Positions 26,046 to 38,583 of a stretch of 64,000 nucleotides of DNA are shown one piece after another. The position numbers were made by a program, and so were the translations under genes. Under the pieces are notes generated by a model. That model had not been told where the DNA came from. It was given only the letters and a program-made list of their open reading frames with translations, and ran no database searches. Each line of letters begins with the position of its first letter. Positions within the stretch are counted from its first letter, which is position 1. The stretch is from Octopus sinensis (taxonomy: Eukaryota): NCBI RefSeq assembly GCF_006345805.1, contig NC_043005.1, positions 62,000,001 to 62,064,000 on the forward strand, in the 5' to 3' direction.

Positions 26046-26588
26046 AATATCTCTAATACCCTGGATGTATTGAGTGCAGCAAGGCACCATTTTTACCATT
26101 TTTCTTTTTTCACTGACTTTTCACTGTACATACATCATAAAATGATAAAACAGAAATAACCAGTACATTTGTTTTGGGCAAATAACCTTATTTTAGACCT
26201 AATTACTTCTCTGAAACATTTCTCACAGAATTTACACCAATTTCCCAAGTAGAATTGAAACACATTATTTTGAATTGGTCTGTTCAATTAAGATTTCATG
26301 AATTTTCAGGGAATAATAGCTTTCACTGGGAAACAGGGAATAGAAAATGGATTTACTCTGCAAAATACCCATACATTCTAAAAACAGGAAAATCACTTTA
26401 AAAATATCACTGAAACATCAATATATACAATAAGTGTTCATGTGTAGTTTGTGTGTAAACTATATTTGTTCAAATTTAGATTAATTCTTTTTGCAATCGT
26501 ATCTCTAATAGAATCTGGTGATTGATTATGAATTATAAAAATAATCAACAATTTGAAGGGATTTTGTAAAATGACATGTTTTCAATAA

Positions 26589-27069
26589 CCATTTATTATT
26601 TAGATTACTCTGTCAATGTAATGCGTATTTATTTATGCTAGCGGTTGTCAACTGGGGTCCACATAGCCCTTGCGGAGTTCATATAAGATTTTGTTGTTAA
26701 AATTTATGTGCAATGAACTGGTTAGTCTTCAACAAATACACAAAGTATTTTAACAATCTTTTAATACAATTCCCAATGATATTTAATCATAAAAATAAAA
26801 TGGGATTTTTTAAAAATATTGAATGGCTATAGGGCTCCACTAGAATAAAATAGGAATCAAGGGGGTCCATAACAAAAATGGTTGAAAACCACTGATTTTC
26901 ACTCTCTTGAATTAATCATGCAATGTCTTGTAACTTCAAAATTTTAATGATACAATTGCTTATTTTTAGTGACAGTGTAGGGTAAGTGTAAGAGGCCAGA
27001 TCTGGTTGGTTAAAACATAAACCAAGTAGAATATTTGGATCATATATAAGCAGTTTAAATGCTAAAGGG
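26589..27069. mobile_element. piggyBac-type MITE, copy 2 (hosts a hAT MITE)
   Basis: Right end AATGCTAAAGGG|TTAA at 27058-27073; left part AGATTACTCTGTCAA matches copy 1. Confidence 0.7.
26639..26894. mobile_element. hAT-like MITE
   Basis: TIRs TAGCGGTTGTCAAC / GTTGAAAACCACTG with subterminal GGGGTCCA motifs; the 8-bp TSD is only partly conserved (ATTTATGC / ATTTTCAC). Confidence 0.65.
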
Positions 27070-27440
27070 TTAAGTTGATGTGCAAAACATAGTGAGTTGG
27101 CAGAAGCATTACAAGATTGGTAAAATATGATATTTTTCCCTACTCTTTACAATCTGTTCAAATTCTGCTAAGATTAGTTTAGCTTCTCACCCCTCTGAGG
27201 CTGATAAAGTAAGGCACTGATCTATTACTGGAGTCGATGTAATTGACTAATCAGCTCTCTTCAAAATTGATGGTTTTATGCTTAACTTGGAAATAATTAT
27301 TAATTTGGTGCTTGAAACCAAATTTCACAACAGGTTTTTAATAAAATTATGATAATTTCACGAGCAGGCTGTTCTATTGATTAAATCAATTGGAACCTTC
27401 ATTGTTTTAACCACCAGAGTGCCAGTTATATATATATGTA

Positions 27441-27840
27441 TACTCTTTAACTCTTTTCAGCCATTTGACTGCAGCCATTCTGGAGCACCGCCTTTAATCG
27501 AGCAAATCGACCCTAGGACTTATTCTTTGTAAGCCTAGTACTTATTCTATTGGTCATTTTTGCCGAACTGCTAAGTTACGGGGAGGCAAACACACCAGCA
27601 TCGTTTGTCAAGAGATGTTGGGAGGACAAACACAGACATGCAAACACACACACACACACATATATACACATATATACGACAGGCTTCTTTCAGTTTCCGT
27701 CTGCCAAATCCACTCACGAGGCTTTGGTCGGCCCGAGGCTATAGTAGAAGCCACTTGTCCAAAGTGCCACGCAGTGGAACTGAACCCAGAACTATGTGGT
27801 TCGTAAGCAAGCTTCTTACCATACAGCCACTCCTGCACCT
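27441..27840 (-). mobile_element. SINE family A, full length, young
   Basis: Reverse complement of the 11491-11912 layout, with CpGs retained. Confidence 0.88.
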
Positions 27841-28222
27841 ATGTATGCATATATGTATATACATGACAGGCTTTCAGTTTTCATCTACCAAATCCACTGA
27901 CAAGGCTTTGACTGACACTTGCAAACGTACATACATACAAGTACATATATAATAGTAATGATGATGATGATGATGATGACTGGTAGTGGTTATAACTATG
28001 AGGAAAAGGAGGAAGATGAAGCTGGTAATGAAAGGGAGGAAAAGAAGAAACTGATCATATTGGTGGTGGTGGTGGAGTTAGGTGTCAATAGTGATGAGGA
28101 TGATGATTTAGTTAGTAGCCTCATACTTAATCTACCAATAAGTTTTACTTTCTTAAGTAAATTACCTGGAACCAGAAATAGTATCTCTACACAAAACTAT
28201 TCTTGTAGTGTGTGTATGTATG

Positions 28223-28256
<34 letters not shown>

Positions 28257-28760
28257 TGTATATGTGTATGTGTGTATGTATATGTGTGTGTGTGTGTATA
28301 TAAAATATGTGTATGTGTGTATATATATATATCAGGTGATTTTCTTTATATGCCTGCCAGATATTTTCATCTCTGAAAAAGAAAAAAAAAACCATACAGA
28401 GCAATACAAGGTTGTTGACTGAAGGTAAATAAGAGAGTAGTGGTGCGTTAAATTGATAATGGGTTTGATAAACTGCATAAGCGTAAGACAACTGGCTTGA
28501 TGTATTTTAATTATGTCATTAAAAGATAAATAAAAGGAAACAAAAAAAATAAGATTTTGGATTTTGATGACGTTGCAGATGAAATGAGAGCAAGAGGCAA
28601 CAAACTCTTCAAGGTTAGGATACTGACACACACGCACGTACATTCGCACACATATGTATGTATGCGTATATGTATATATGTATGTGTGTATGCATATATA
28701 TATATATATATATACGCACACACTCGTATATGATGTATACATATGAATATATACATATAT

Positions 28761-28952
28761 ATCATCATCATCATCATCGTTTAACATCCGTTCTCCATGC
28801 TAGCATGGGTTGGACGGTTCAACCGGGGATCTGGGAAGCCAGAAGGCTGCACCAGGCTCTGGTCTGATCTGGTAATGTTTCTACAGCTGGATGCCCTTCC
28901 TAACGCCAACCACTCCGTGAGTGTAGTAAGTGCTTTTTACGTGCCACCTGCA
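28761..28952 (-). mobile_element. RTE 3' end fragment, young
   Basis: CATCATCGTTTAACATCCG...GTGCCACC. Confidence 0.85.
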
Positions 28953-30015
28953 TATAAATATGAAAAATAGGACAAAAACAAAATAGAGGATAGTAAAACA
29001 TTCAGACAGATTGACAATACAAAGAGGGACAGGGAAAACAACAATTAGAAGAACAGGGAAAAAAGAAGGACGGGTCATTTGTGGCCTTCTTTCTTCAGTC
29101 AAGTTACCAGATATCCTTATTGTTTCAAGCAGTTACACTTGAAACAGTTTGATCTGGTTCCCCCTAAAAGAGTCTCAGCCAAGAGCATTAGGTCTTTTGT
29201 AAGAAATCTTGCAAATGTGTATGGCAACAAAGACGAAAAAAGGGAGAACCTGAAACACAATTAAAAATACAAGCAACAAGAATATAACAACAGGTGTCTT
29301 TTGACTGAGAATGAATCAAATTGAGCTGGTGTATATGAAGTGAAAGCCTAAGGGCAGGAAGGAACACAGGAGGTGGACATAGGTGTTGGTGGTCGGCAGT
29401 CAGACCAAGAAAGAATGATCATGGCTAGCCGGACACCAGTCAAATGGAAGGAGCAGAGAGGGTTAGGGGGCAGTGGAATTGAAGGATTAGAAAAAAATCA
29501 AAGTGACAAAAGGAAAGGTACAGGGGAGATAAATGAGGAAAAGTGGGAGTTAAAAAAAGAGAGGGCCAAGAAATTTTGCAAGGAAAAGAAAAGAGGAAGA
29601 AAGTATGAGGGAGACTAAAAGATAGAGTAAAAGTGTTGTGCAAAATTTAGATACTATAAGGTGAGCACAAGTGTGTATGTACTCCACTATATGTATATAT
29701 AAATATTAAAAATGGAACAAAAATACAATAGAGGACAATAAAACATTTAGGCAGACGATACGAAGACGGAGTGGGAAAAAAAGACAGGTCATTCATGACC
29801 TTCTTTCTTCAGTCAAGTTACCAGATGTCCTTACTGTTTCAGGCAGTTACATTTGAGACAGTTCGATCTAGTGCCCCCCTCCCAAAGTCTAAGCTGAGAG
29901 CATTAGATTTTTTGTAAGAAAGCTATCAAATGTGTATTGCAACAAAGACAAAAAATGGAGAACATGGTACATAATTACAAATGCAAACAACAAGAATATA
30001 ACAGGTGTCTTTGGC
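28952..30015. repeat. Pair of ~330-bp diverged direct repeats (28952-29303, 29697-30015) around a purine-rich spacer
   Basis: Shared CCTTCTTTCTTCAGTCAAGTTACCAGAT, GCAGTTACA, GAGCATTAG and CAAGAATATAAC(AAC)AGGTGTCTTT. Confidence 0.85.
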
Positions 30016-30061
30016 TCTGGTGGGTAAGGCTGATTGGGAGTGGAGGAATTAGCTTTATCCA

Positions 30062-30845
30062 CCACCAGAGCCAAAGCCGCATACCTGAGAAATGAGATTG
30101 CACGTATAAACAACAATTGCAGCTAAGTGACCGACAAAGCCATCAACACCAAGCAGTTCCTTAGAGACCGAACCCTGAATAGCTACACACCATCTTCAGC
30201 CAAACAACTGTGCCTAAAAAACATCAGGGTCAATAAACCCCGGAAGAACCATCATACTACTAAGTCTGGCATGTGCTTCCTAAAGCTACCACATTTTGAT
30301 GACAGAACTACTGCAGTGATACAACACGCAGTCTGCAGGGAAAGACTCGACATACAGATAGTGCACACCAGCCCATCCTTGAGAAAAGCTCTGCCCAAGA
30401 TCAACACCTCTCACTACTCCTAGGAGTGCATATTTCGAACTGCCCCATCGAAGACCCTGAATTGTACCAGAGGACCTATGCTGTATAAGAGATCATCTGT
30501 GGCAAATGTGCATCCTACGTAGGAAGCAAAGAAAACTGCATATACTCATGAAGGAACACATACAGACAGACATGAAGAAATCTCTACAGAAATGCCAGAT
30601 CCAGGAATTCGCAGTGCACATCAGGGCAACACAGCAGAACAGGGGCAACCTTAGAATCTCTAAGGCCATCTTCATACACCAAAGGAAACCAAAAATCAAC
30701 AGAAGAGAGTTACAGGAAGCTAGCTGGTTGCTATAGCAACACCTTTCTGCACATGTCCACCCCACACATGCTCACACACACGCACATCGGCAACGTTTGT
30801 TAATTTCTTGAAAATGAGGTCATAACCCTGAAATATTGAATGCAA
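30062..30845 (+). mobile_element. Penelope-like element 3' fragment (linker + GIY-YIG), decayed
   Basis: LKLPHFDD linker, AV*EIICGKCASYVGS (GIY-YIG-like), NLRISKAIFIHQRKPKINRRE C-terminal motif. Confidence 0.75.
30803..30840 (+). ncRNA. Degenerate hammerhead remnant downstream of the Penelope GIY-YIG
   Basis: TTC TTGAAAA TGAGG-TCATAA-CCCT GAAA TA TT GAA: two core changes from CUGAAGA; AATATT is the double CpG-decay product of AACGTT. Confidence 0.35.
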
Positions 30846-30984
30846 GGTAAATCTACATTAATTCATACATTTGTTTCTTGTGATTTGCATTTACTTCGCA
30901 TTGTTCTGGCCTTACCTACAATCCTTTATACAATATATTCTACACAATATTTCATAGTAATTATTCCATTACATATATATTTAT

Positions 30985-31012
30985 ATACATATACACACAC
31001 GCACACACATAC

Positions 31013-31088
<76 letters not shown>

Positions 31089-31132
31089 GTATATCTATCT
31101 ATATATATATGTATGTACATACATATGTATAT

Positions 31133-31178
<46 letters not shown>

Positions 31179-31222
31179 GTATATCTATCTATATATATAT
31201 GTATGTACATACATATGTATAT

Positions 31223-31267
<45 letters not shown>

Positions 31268-31280
31268 CTTACACACACAC
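30985..31280. repeat. (TA)n array with a duplicated higher-order unit
   Basis: ACACATATGTATATCTATCT...GTATATTGATATAT occurs twice (31081, 31171). Confidence 0.92.
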
Positions 31281-34134
31281 ACACAAGATTTGTGTATGTG
31301 TCTATATATCTTAAAGATCTGAAAGGGATCTGTTTTGCTTTTTAAAACTATTTCTCTGTTTAAGCACTGTTGATTTACAGAGATGTTTTAAGCATAGTTT
31401 CTCAAACTCTTTTCTCTTTTTTCTGTTTTTACCTTTCAAAAAGATTCATTACTGCTAAGTTAGCCATGACTAAGTATATATTATATTTAGCTAATTTTCC
31501 GCACAAGATCAGTGAGATGTAAACTTCTTTGGAGGGATGATGAAGTTTGAAAATATTCAGCTTTAATTATGTCCTTTGTTATTTTTTCTTGATTAACATT
31601 TTCAAGGTTGTTAACTTAGAATAGAACTGATTAAAAAAAAAAAAAAAAAAAAATAGTTTGGTATTTTTTTGTTTATTTTATTTTATTTTGGCACCAATTA
31701 ATTTGAGTGAAAAATATTCGTTTGGGCTTTTATATTTTGGATATTTCTTTTCTGAAGTAAGTGAAAAAATATTCTTTATAAACATCACACATTCGCACAT
31801 ACACGTGAACACATAAATATATATGTGCACACTCACACACACACACACATATGCACACACACTCACACACTCTTGCAGTTAATTGTATATGTGTGTTTGT
31901 GTATTTGTCCTTTGATGGAAAGCCTTACAAATGAGATCCCTTGAGATATTTATTCTGCATCAAGTTAAAGATACTCTGCTGTTACTGACATCATCAAAAA
32001 TGCAGTGAATCAGTAAGTCATCCATTGGAGACCTGTAACTAACAATCATTCATCATCATCACCAAATTGAAGGAAGATCTCTAATGACACAATACAATTA
32101 TCAAACTATATAGTTATGACACTGAAGGAGTATTTCCAATGACTCATTTGAGTTTTCAAGCTAAACATGCATTCTAGGTTTGGTGTTGCTCTTACAGAAA
32201 AGCATAAATGTCACAGAATCTTGCTTATATTTCCCTAAAATATAGAGAAATAGGACCTTTGTGTTTTGACAGTCATGTATTTTTTGTGCCAATGATATAG
32301 CCATTATATGGTCACTCATTCTGGCGGAAATAGCAGCCAAATCTTCTTCAAATCACCCATTTTATGTCTTCAAGAATGGAAAGACTCGTTGGATAAGTTG
32401 GACTGTGATACATGTCTGAATAAAAGTTAGAATGGTTACAGCTTGAATGCTTTTGATCATAGGTCTATTTAGTCACTGGTGACCTAGAGGGGCTAAATAA
32501 AAACAACAACAACAAAACCTATGTGAGAGTAATTATATGGTTGCTCAACCTGCTAGAACTAGCAGCCAAATCTTCAACTCACACCATGTCATCTTAAGGT
32601 AAAAATGGTCACTTTGAATAATGGTTTCGAATTTTGCACAAGGCCAGCAATTTCAAGGGTAGGGCTTTAGTTGATTACATGAACCCTAATACATTGGGCT
32701 GGTACTTTATCTTATTAAGCCTGAAAAGATGAAAGGCAAAGCTGTTCCTGACAAGATCTGAACTGAGAATGTAAAGAAAATTTCACGAAGCATTTTGTTT
32801 GGTGAGCTAATGATTCTGCCAAGATGGAATGGTCATAGCTGGAATGTTTTTTGATCATAAGTCTACTCAGTCTATACATTGAACCCAATGTGTGGAGCAC
32901 TTTAGGCAAATGACTTTTATCATGGACAATGCCTAGTGAGTGGAATTTGGTAGGTGGAAACTATGCAGAAGCTTTTCACTAATACATGCATGCACACACA
33001 CACACACACACACAATTAGAAGGTAAAGCTTATTGAATTATAACTGAATTTCACATTACTGGACATTCAGATGATTAAAGTAAGGAAGCAGCAAGATTTA
33101 TGAGCAAAAATATTTGTAGACACATCAAAACTTGATGACTCTGAGATTTGATTGGTTGCTAAAAAGACCATTTGAAAATGCACCACACATTCATCTATTC
33201 AAGTATCATATCCAAAACACTTTACACACACACACACACACACACTCATGCACTCATGTTTACATGCCAAAAAACTGATATTCCATGTGTTCAGTATTAT
33301 ATGTGTAAAACACATAAAAGCAGCAAGGTGCTTGTTGTTAATGAAAAGTAATTGAATAATGTTTCCATATGACCGTCTTTCAGAGTATATCCAAAGTCAT
33401 AATTAAAACCTGTGTATGTATGTCTTTTGTGAAAAATATTTATGCACAGACGTGTTAGATTTCTAGAAAAATATGGGGGAAAAAACAGAAAATAAAATAA
33501 AGAAAACTGAAGTGAGATTCCTATATCCAGGATATTAGAGATATTGTAACATAAATAAGGCTACATATATAGTATATTTGTAGTACTTCCCTTAGTAGAT
33601 GCAGATACTAACAGATATTAGCAAGTGCATTTGTCAAGCAAAGCTTCAGCTGTGAGAGAGAGAGATTATAGAAATATCTTTTCTCTCTCTCAAACAAATC
33701 AACATTGCATTACTCTCTATATGCAGTTACTAACAGACATTAGCAGTAATGTATAGCTTCCAATATGTGGAAGCAATTATTAAAATATTGTTTTGTCTCT
33801 CAAACAAATCAACACATATATTTGAAAGTCAGTCAAAAGTATAAGTTAGTTATAAATGTGTTGGTACTCACCACTGATACGGAAGGAAAGAAAGTAGCAT
33901 GAAAGTGCTATTGTGAGAGGCTGCCAAATGTGGAAGAATGTATGGGATAAACAGGGGTTACTGCATGCTGACCTTACAGAGGGAGTAGCATGGTAATTAA
34001 AGTGATAAAAGGAATGAAGAAAGAAAGTTGTGAGTCGATCAAAGATAGTTGCAGAAACACTCAAAATATCTGTTGAAGTAGGATGCATGATTACAATCTG
34101 TAGAGTTGATTTAATTAAGTCATATGTTGGGGCA

Positions 34135-34498
34135 AGCGAAAGCGAAATCGAATTGAACCAGCCAGGATCACTGGTCTGGTGGTGCGTAAAAAGCACTATC
34201 CGACTCGTGGCCGATGCCAGCGCCGCCTCGACTGGCTTCCATGCCGGTGGCACATAAAATACACCAATCCGACCGTGGCCGTTGTCAGCCTCACCTGGCA
34301 CCTGTGCAGGTAGCACGTAAAAAGCACCCACTACACTCACGGAGTGGTTGGCGTTAGGAAGGGCATCCAGCTGTAGAAACATTGCCAGATAAGACTGGAG
34401 CCTGGTGCAGCCTTCTGGCTTCCCAGATCCCCAGTCGAACCGTCCAACCCATGCTAGCATGGAGAACGGACGTTAAACGATGATGATGATGATGATGA
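34135..34498 (+). mobile_element. Young RTE 3' end with (GAT)n tail
   Basis: GGCGTTAGGAAGGGCATCC...GGACGTTAAAC(GAT)n. Confidence 0.9.
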
Positions 34499-34542
34499 TA
34501 TAGGAAGGTATCATATCCAATGACTAGTACAGCAGAATTATC

Positions 34543-34574
34543 TATTTCTTTACTACCCACAAGGGGCTAAACAT
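34543..34574 (-). mobile_element. 32-bp 3' stub of SINE family C with 12-bp TSD
   Basis: AGCAGAATTATC at 34531-34542 and 34575-34586; the insert is the reverse complement of the family C tail. Confidence 0.85.
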
Positions 34575-37317
34575 AGCAGAATTATCATAAACTGTTACAA
34601 AATCAAAGGCAGTGCCTATGAGAGAAGCAACTATAGAGAAATCAAACTGTTTGTTCAAGTTATGAAGATCACAGAGAAAGTATTAGCAGAACTAGTCTGT
34701 GACAAAGTAGAGATAGATGAAATGCAGTTTGACTTTATCCCCAGAAGAAGCACTACAGATGCAATCTTTCTAGTGAGACAACTGTGGGAGAAATGCTTGG
34801 CTAAGAATAAATTGCTCTTCCTGGTTTTCATTGATTTGGAGTTGTTTGGCACAGTACTACACTCAATAATTAGATAATCACCGAGGAAGCTAGGTGTAAA
34901 CAAATAGTTTGTGAGGGCTGTAGGTAAGAAAGAAGACAAGATCTTGGTACCTTCAGGAAAATGGCCATACATGATGTTGGGAAAAGGAGTAAGTAAAACT
35001 CTATACATTGAACCCAATGTGTGGAGCACTTTAGGCAAATGACTTTTATCATGGACAATGCCTAGCGAGTGGAATTTGGTAGGTGGAAACTATGCAGAAG
35101 CTTTTCACTAATACATGCACACACACACACACACACACAATTAGAAGGTAAAGCTTATTGAATTATAACTGAATTTTACATTACTGGACATTCAGATGAT
35201 TAAAGTAAGGCAGCAGCAAGATTTATGAGCAAAAATATTTGTAGACACATCAAAACTTGATGACTCTGAGATTTGATTGGTTGCTAAAAAAAAACATTTG
35301 AAAATACACCACACATTCATCTATTCAAGCATCATATCCAAAACACTTTACACACACACTCATGCACTCATGTTTACGTGCCAAAAAACTGGTATTCCAT
35401 GTGTTCAGTATTATATGTGTAAAACACATAAAAGCAGCAAGGTGCTTGTTGTTAATGAAAAGTAATTGAATAATGTTTCCATATGACCGTCTTTCAGAGT
35501 ATATCCAAATTCACAGAATAGAATAAATATGCTATTTTATCCAAATTGTGAAAATTCTCATCAGATGTTGTACTTTTCTGTGAGATAAATATTACAGCCA
35601 TTAATATAGAGGGACATGTGTTTTATCAGTTTTATAATTGTTCATATCACTACCTTTTAACCTCTCAATATATTTAGATGGTGATGTATCTTTTTCAGGC
35701 TTACCTACCTACTTATGCATGTAAAGGCTGGATATGGTGGTCTCTGCAAAAGAAACTTTCATGATTCAATGGAGGGAGAGGAGGCTGCAGCAATTCATTC
35801 TGGAGTGCAGGGAGCCAAATGAAGCAAGTAAGCCATTTTGGTCATCTACTGTATTTGTCTCCATCCATTGTTATTTTCATCAGGTCTGGCCACTGGATTG
35901 AATATGATCATACATGAAGGAGTGAAACTGACAGTGTACAACTCTTCCTCAGTTAAAAAAAAAAAAAAAAGCCACCACATAAGTTATGAGTCATTGTCAA
36001 GGATGACTAAATGATCCTTACCACTCTGACTGATGAGCATGATACCTATATATAGAAGACATGACAATATTTACATATCTTTGAATGTGAGTGGATGTAT
36101 ACATTATGGGTTCTGCATATGATAATTGAATTGATGAATGTGTGTTACATTCCGAAATGTTTGTTGACAACCATTCAAATCTCAATGATTTATGATATTT
36201 TGATGTGTTTATGAATTACTTATATATTGTCACACTGTTTCCCTAATATAATGGTTGGAATAATCTGAAACATGAATGTAATTGTTACAACTTAGGACCC
36301 TTTAACTTCAAATAAATTAAACAAGCTTTAATTCATATGCTGAGCACTTTTTTTGTAAGCACAAATCTAAGCAATACATTTTAAAATGTGTACGATATGC
36401 TATCAATATTGCTGACATCAAGTTTACAAATCCCTCAAGGCTGAGCCTCTATGTAGCATATGTATATAACAAAAATCAAATTGATTCTATTTCAATTTTG
36501 ATTCTCATAGAAACTGATGTATTCACTTTTATATTCTATTATATTATATAATTTCTCTAAGCCTTACGTTTATGAACAAAAATACAAATATATATATATG
36601 TGTATGTGTAATATATATATATATATTATTCAAAGGAATTCCAACTCTGTCTATTTTCTTTAATGTTTTATTTATATTCTTTATCATATTAATGTAGAGT
36701 ATAGAATATATAGTATAAATAGTATATATAGTAAAATGGAATGAAGTATTGTTTTATTGAATAGATGAAATATTGAATATCAAATATTAAGGGACTGTAA
36801 TATAGTCCCTTAATATCAAATATTCAGGGGCTATATATATATATGCTTCTGGCCAACATATCTGATGAGTTGTCTATATTGCCAAGAGCAATAGTAGACA
36901 CAAAACCAATGGTGACTTTGTGAATGACTATATGACATAACCAACCATCACAAAAAATATACTATTTAACTGCATAAAAGTACAACTGCTCAAAATATTT
37001 TTCGAACTTATGGACAACTGACTGTGTGTGTGCGTGTTATATTCATCATCATAATAATCATTGATTATTATATTTTAAATATTATTGAAGATATATACTC
37101 CTTCAATCCTTATGTGGTGATATAATGACATCTGTACAATGGCTATATACACATTTTAATACAACCATTGTTGGAGAAATTGAATGTCTTTCATGTGGAA
37201 GATAAACTCTAATGATAAAGTATTTATAGAATGTAGAGAAGTCACTGGAATGGTTTCCCACTGGCTTATCCTATTCTATCAGTAGTCTTTAACTCAGTAC
37301 TGTTAATTTGACAGTGT

Positions 37318-38000
37318 GAGGGCACATGGCCTAGTGGTTATGGCAATGTACTCATGATCATGAGATCATGGTTTCAATTCCCAGACCAGGTACGTACTTG
37401 TACTTGTGATGGTATTCATCCAGGGCGGGTTGAGCCGGCTTCTTCTCTGGTCCTGATGGCATCACGAACCAGTAGCAGTAGGATTCATAGAAGAAGTTTC
37501 GTGGAAATATTGAATTCACAAGCGGTTCCCGACATCCCGCATGCATATCCCGAGTGACGGGACGCCCTGTTTACCGCGGAGTGTCCACAGATGCAGGGAC
37601 AGAACGAAGCCACTGGTTGCCGATCAGACACCTCTTGGGATTTTTCACCAGTGCCCCGTTGGCCAGGCTGCGGCCCTAATACTGCTCGGTGCCAGACCAA
37701 TCCACCTTGGGTGGCCCTACCAGGAACCGAAGTTCCCGACGGCATAGTTCTGATACTGCCCGGTTACACCACCCTACCGCTTTGAAGAGGGGTTGGACTT
37801 TAGGGAGGAACCAGACCAGGTAGTGCATTTGCTAGAGCAAAACATTTCATCTCATTGTCCTGCAATCACTTCTACTTCTGATGTGTGGTACATTGTGCAC
37901 CTGTTCTGACAATGTCAGTTTGATGGAGAGAGTGAGCTAATGTACAGCACAAGCATTTGATCACTATAACAAAATCCTTTGCACAGGTCATTTAGCAAGA
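37318..38000 (+). mobile_element. Old tRNA/CORE SINE split by a younger insertion
   Basis: GGCACATGGCCTAGTGGTTA head; the body resumes after 37822. Confidence 0.65.
37393..37810 (-). mobile_element. 418-bp GC/CpG-rich non-autonomous retroelement with (CAAGTA)n-like tail, probably RTE-derived
   Basis: 12-bp TSD CCAGACCAGGTA (37381-37392, 37811-37822); minus strand ends ACAAGTACAAGTAC; contains CCTGGTAGGGCCACCCA, which I recall from RTE 5' regions. Confidence 0.75.
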
Positions 38001-38227
38001 AAGCAGGTTGTTCAGCAATATTGAATGCTATTGGCATTGTCTAAGGGAAAAGTAAAGACTTATACAGCTTAGTACAAATGTTACAAGCAAATTCAGAATG
38101 TAAAACTAGAAATTCAATTAATTTCACCACCCGTGACTTTTGTGTTATTTTATTAATCCCAGAAGAATGAAATGCTAAGTTGACCTTGGTAGGATTTGAA
38201 CTCAGAATGTAAAGAGCTAGAATAAAT

Positions 38228-38583
38228 CATCATCGTCATCATCATCATCGTTTAACGTCCGTTCTCCATGCTAGCATGGGTTGGACGGTTCGACCGGGGA
38301 TCTGGGAAGCCAGAAGGCTGCACCAGGCTCCGGTCTTATCTGGCAATGTTTCTACAGCTGGATGCCCTTCCTAACGCCAACCACTCCGTGAGTGTAGTGG
38401 GTGCTTTTTACGTGCCACCTGCACTGGTGCCAGGCGAGGCTGGCATCGGCCACGGTCGGATTGGTGCATTTTACGTGCCACCTGCACGGAAGCCAGTCGA
38501 GGCGGCACTGGCATTGGCCACGGTCGGATTGGTGCATTTTACGTGCCACCGATATGGAAGCCAGTCGACGCGGCGCTGGCGCA
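38228..38583 (-). mobile_element. RTE 3' end fragment with internal repeats
   Basis: (CAT)n tail, conserved 3' UTR and about 3 VNTR units. Confidence 0.9.

Larger units (their letters stand above)
33870..34990 (+). mobile_element. Old RTE LINE fragment interrupted by younger insertions
   Basis: CERLPNVE...IVAETLKISV (33900-34100), then EGIISND, NCYKIKG and EMQFDFIPRRSTTDAIFLVRQL, colinear with the long RTE ORF. Confidence 0.75.
32871..35509. repeat. Recent direct duplication of ~520 bp (32871-33395 and 35000-35509)
   Basis: Near-identical from TCTATACATTGAACCC to GAGTATATCCAAA; differences are scattered SNPs and (CA)n length. Confidence 0.95.

Noticed and set aside
29060-29100. Hammerhead in the 29.0/29.8-kb repeats
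   Set aside because: CUGAAGA and hairpins are present, but no GAAA follows stem II in either copy; a type II permutation gives no viable stem I.
32871-35509. LTR retrotransposon interpretation of the direct repeats
   Set aside because: No TG..CA ends, PBS/PPT or gag-pol; the breakpoint is inside a SINE and the interior is RTE debris.
36131-36165. TTGATGA...ACATTCCGAAATGTT hammerhead-like string
   Set aside because: The core C is mutated, the stem II register is broken and stem I cannot be paired.
36775-36825. Short hairpin TATTAAGGGACT/AGTCCCTTAATA
   Set aside because: Isolated in very AT-rich DNA with no associated element or RNA signature.
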